Below, one piece after another: positions 61,693 to 64,000 of a stretch of DNA of 64,000 bases. Position 1 is the first letter of the stretch. Every line of letters begins with the position of its first letter. The notes under the pieces are model-generated. The model worked only from the letters and a program-made list of their open reading frames with translations. It made no database searches and was not told the DNA's origin. The translations under genes and the position numbers were made by a program. This DNA comes from a bacterium UBP6_UBA1177 (GTDB taxonomy: Bacteria; UBP6; UBA1177): the NCBI GenBank assembly GCA_002310995.1, contig DBYV01000012.1:2000-65999 (forward strand), read 5' to 3'.

Positions 61693-64000
61693 ATGAAAAA
61701 AATCTATATGTTTTTTATTTTATGTTCACTTTTCATACTGACAAATTCCGGCTGTTCCCAAAAACATGTATCCGATAACCCAGATGAATCTTTAAACGAC
61801 AACGACACAGTTGATGATGATATTTCAGACACCGGCACCCCTGATACAGAGAGTGATGAAGATGAAATCTCAGCCTCGGATGACAACTACGACACCGTTG
61901 ACACCAATGATCCCTGCAAAAAAAATCCGTGCGCACATCTTTCCGGCTCAACCGGTGAATGTTTCTCTGACGGCGACTCATATTACTGCGGATGCAGCAC
62001 CAACTACACTTGGGAAGACGACCGCTGCAAAGGAGACACCAGGATCGTGGACTGTGAAAATCTTCCCGAAAACGCTCACTGGAGCACCGCTTCAACCGTA
62101 GAACAGACCTGGGACTGGCATGGCTGGAGACCGTCAAACGAAGGGAGCTATGGTTACAGTCCCAGATCGGGAGACTGTCTTTTTACATGCGATGAGGGCT
62201 ACTTCTGGAACAGTTCCAAATGCTTAAACCCGTGCAAACCGGATCCTTGCGCTGAAATCGGGCACTCCTCCGGGCGCTGTTTTTCTGTCGGAGTAGATAT
62301 GTACACCTGTGAATGCGACGAAAACTATTACTGGTGGGGCAAAAAACGCGGCTGCACGATGCAAAAACCGGGCTTTGGCAACATCTGCACAGGGCAGCAC
62401 CTATGCTACGCCGATTCCGGCACGATTGACTGCCCTGCATTCGGTGAAAGCTTTTTCGGTCAGGATCCTCAGTATGCCGGCATCGGCGCCTGTTCTCCGA
62501 TAGATCTGAAAATAGACTACACTGTTCCCGAAGAACCTGTTGTGGTAAGCGCGAACACAAACCTCATGTGGCAGGGCTTAACTTCTGAGGAAGGTTCGCA
62601 GGAAGAGGCTCTTGATTACTGCGAAAACCTCGTTTACGCAGGTTACGACGACTGGCGGCTCCCTTCAATTCAGGAACTGATTTCAATTATGACCAGCAAC
62701 GAATATTTCCTATATCATTACCCCTTTTATTTTCCGAATCTGTTTGAGGGCGCAACTTATGCGTGGTCTTCCACGATCTATCCTTCCGACACAAAAGTTG
62801 CGTGGCAGTCAAGTTTAAGAGCCAACTATACAGACGCTCTCGATACAGCATACACATCTCTATTCTGGTGTGTCCGCGGCGAAGGGCTGCCTTCATCAGA
62901 ATTCGAAACATCTGAAATCAACGGGGAAAAAGTCGTGAGGGACAAAACGACAGGACTGATGTGGCAGAACACTTTCACTATGAAACAGGGATGGGGACTT
63001 GCTTTGGCGCACTGCGAAAAACTGAATTACGCCGGTTTCAGCGACTGGAGACTTCCCAACAGAAACGAACTCGCCTCGCTTATCGACTACAGCAGAAAAG
63101 AACCTGCGTCAACTCTGCCGTTCATGCTTGAAAACTATTCTGAACCTTTCTCCAAATTCGACTCATTCTTTTCATCCACACTTTCCATCAACGCTATAGG
63201 CGGAAACCACTTCGGAACGAACTATGCCTCCGCAGTCGATTTTTCCATCGGGTATATCGGTCATATCATGAAAGAATATTCACACCTCGACAATTATGTC
63301 ACCTGTGTCCGCTCCGAAATCTGCCCTGAAGGATACTTCCTGCGAGGTCTCGAGTGCCTTGAAAATCCTTGCCGGGAAGAACTTTGCGAAATAGAGAATT
63401 CGACAGGCCTCTGCATTCCCGAAACAGAAACTGAACATGAATGCGAGTGTCTTGAAGGCTTTTTCTGGAACGGTTTAAAGTGTATGAACCCGTGCGACGA
63501 CGATCCTTGCTCAGAAATCGCAAATTCCGATCAAACGACATGCCATGCGCTGAGTTCGGATATCTACTACTGTGACTGTCTCGAAGGATATACATGGAAT
63601 AACGGAAAATGCGACACTTTTGCAACAGGTGTCATGACTGTCGGCAACATATGCACCGGACAGAAAAAATGCTACGACAATGAAGGAGAGACAAACTGTC
63701 CGGCTGAAGGCAGCGATTTTTACGGTCAGGACGCTCAGTATGCCGCCAAAACATGCTCGGAGCAGGATTTTACGGTCAAAACGGTCGCAAACCAGAATAT
63801 CGTGGTGGACAACAACACTGGGCTCGAGTGGCAGCAGGATATCCATTTAATTGATTTCACATGGAACGAGGCTTGGATTTACTGCGATGAACTTGAATAT
63901 GCAGGCAAAAACGACTGGCGTCTTCCGGCACCTCATGAGATCATGACGATACACGAATACGAAAAATCCATATCTTCTTCCACAGGCATTTCTTTATCAA
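61693..64000 (+). CDS. large mosaic lipoprotein of EGF-like Cys modules and DUF1566 repeats, 5' part (runs off the right window edge; absent from the ORF track)
   Basis: GAGGTG RBS and MKKIYMFFILCSLFILTNSG|C lipobox. I translated frame 1 codon by codon from 61693 to 64000 and found no stop (at least 769 aa). It contains four NPCxxxPC...YxCxCxxGYxW modules, two GNICTGQxxCY cassettes and three WRLP DUF1566 units. Confidence 0.8.
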   Translation, partial: MKKIYMFFILCSLFILTNSGCSQKHVSDNPDESLNDNDTVDDDISDTGTPDTESDEDEISASDDNYDTVDTNDPCKKNPCAHLSGSTGECFSDGDSYYCGCSTNYTWEDDRCKGDTRIVDCENLPENAHWSTASTVEQTWDWHGWRPSNEGSYGYSPRSGDCLFTCDEGYFWNSSKCLNPCKPDPCAEIGHSSGRCFSVGVDMYTCECDENYYWWGKKRGCTMQKPGFGNICTGQHLCYADSGTIDCPAFGESFFGQDPQYAGIGACSPIDLKIDYTVPEEPVVVSANTNLMWQGLTSEEGSQEEALDYCENLVYAGYDDWRLPSIQELISIMTSNEYFLYHYPFYFPNLFEGATYAWSSTIYPSDTKVAWQSSLRANYTDALDTAYTSLFWCVRGEGLPSSEFETSEINGEKVVRDKTTGLMWQNTFTMKQGWGLALAHCEKLNYAGFSDWRLPNRNELASLIDYSRKEPASTLPFMLENYSEPFSKFDSFFSSTLSINAIGGNHFGTNYASAVDFSIGYIGHIMKEYSHLDNYVTCVRSEICPEGYFLRGLECLENPCREELCEIENSTGLCIPETETEHECECLEGFFWNGLKCMNPCDDDPCSEIANSDQTTCHALSSDIYYCDCLEGYTWNNGKCDTFATGVMTVGNICTGQKKCYDNEGETNCPAEGSDFYGQDAQYAAKTCSEQDFTVKTVANQNIVVDNNTGLEWQQDIHLIDFTWNEAWIYCDELEYAGKNDWRLPAPHEIMTIHEYEKSISSSTGISLS

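Noticed and set aside
37459-64000. Diversity-generating retroelement acting on the DUF1566 (C-type-lectin-like) paralogues
   Set aside because: There is no reverse transcriptase gene and no template/variable repeat pair with adenine-specific mismatches. The similarity between paralogues is ordinary divergent module homology.
1-64000. Prophage, integrative element, transposon or defence island
   Set aside because: No integrase, transposase, recombinase, restriction-modification, Cas, abortive-infection or phage structural motifs were seen. No flanking tRNA or long terminal repeats were found either. The accessory content is lipoprotein genes embedded among housekeeping operons.

Overview
Gene-dense chromosomal segment of a diderm bacterium. 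I call 52 CDS and found no rRNA, tRNA, CRISPR array, transposase, integrase or phage genes. Translation signals are canonical GGAGG Shine-Dalgarno sites. Promoters are sigma70-like, and the -35/-10 spacer is 16 nt at every site I could read.

Backbone genes are nifS-nifU, tdk, rpsA, mtaB, tsaD, rsmI, yraN, smpB, htpG, nfu, rng, aroB/aroK/aroC and murA. A type IV pilus system is split in two. One part is pilB-pilT-pilC-pilS-pilR (17.8-24.8 kb), with no pilA where related clusters have it. The other is HTH-pilM-N-O-P-Q, running straight into aroC-aroK-aroB (51.9-60.1 kb).

Interspersed are 11 lipobox proteins. Eight of them carry a polyacidic D/T/S/E tether immediately after the lipid-anchor Cys: a DT[SA]x40 repeat protein, a serpin, a 58-Cys protein, an S10 carboxypeptidase-like protein, two DUF1566 proteins, a vWA-like/LamG protein and one unknown. 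One large DUF1566/EGF-like ORF (61693 to the window end) is missing from the supplied ORF track.

The candidates I consider most worth follow-up:
- the acidic-tether lipoprotein set and a conserved 10-Cys module that recurs in two of them;
- an ATTTCGNN octamer / GCCGCC intergenic repeat family, three of whose four copies sit upstream of promoters (two of them lipoprotein-gene promoters);
- a tightly coupled five-gene operon: CDP-alcohol transferase, membrane-fused nucleotidylyltransferase, orphan ExbD, FtsB-like protein and a GGDEF cyclase;
- a HigA-like HTH / HD-hydrolase pair.

I could not demonstrate a clear novel defence or mobile system. All functional calls rest on motif recognition by eye, not on database searches.
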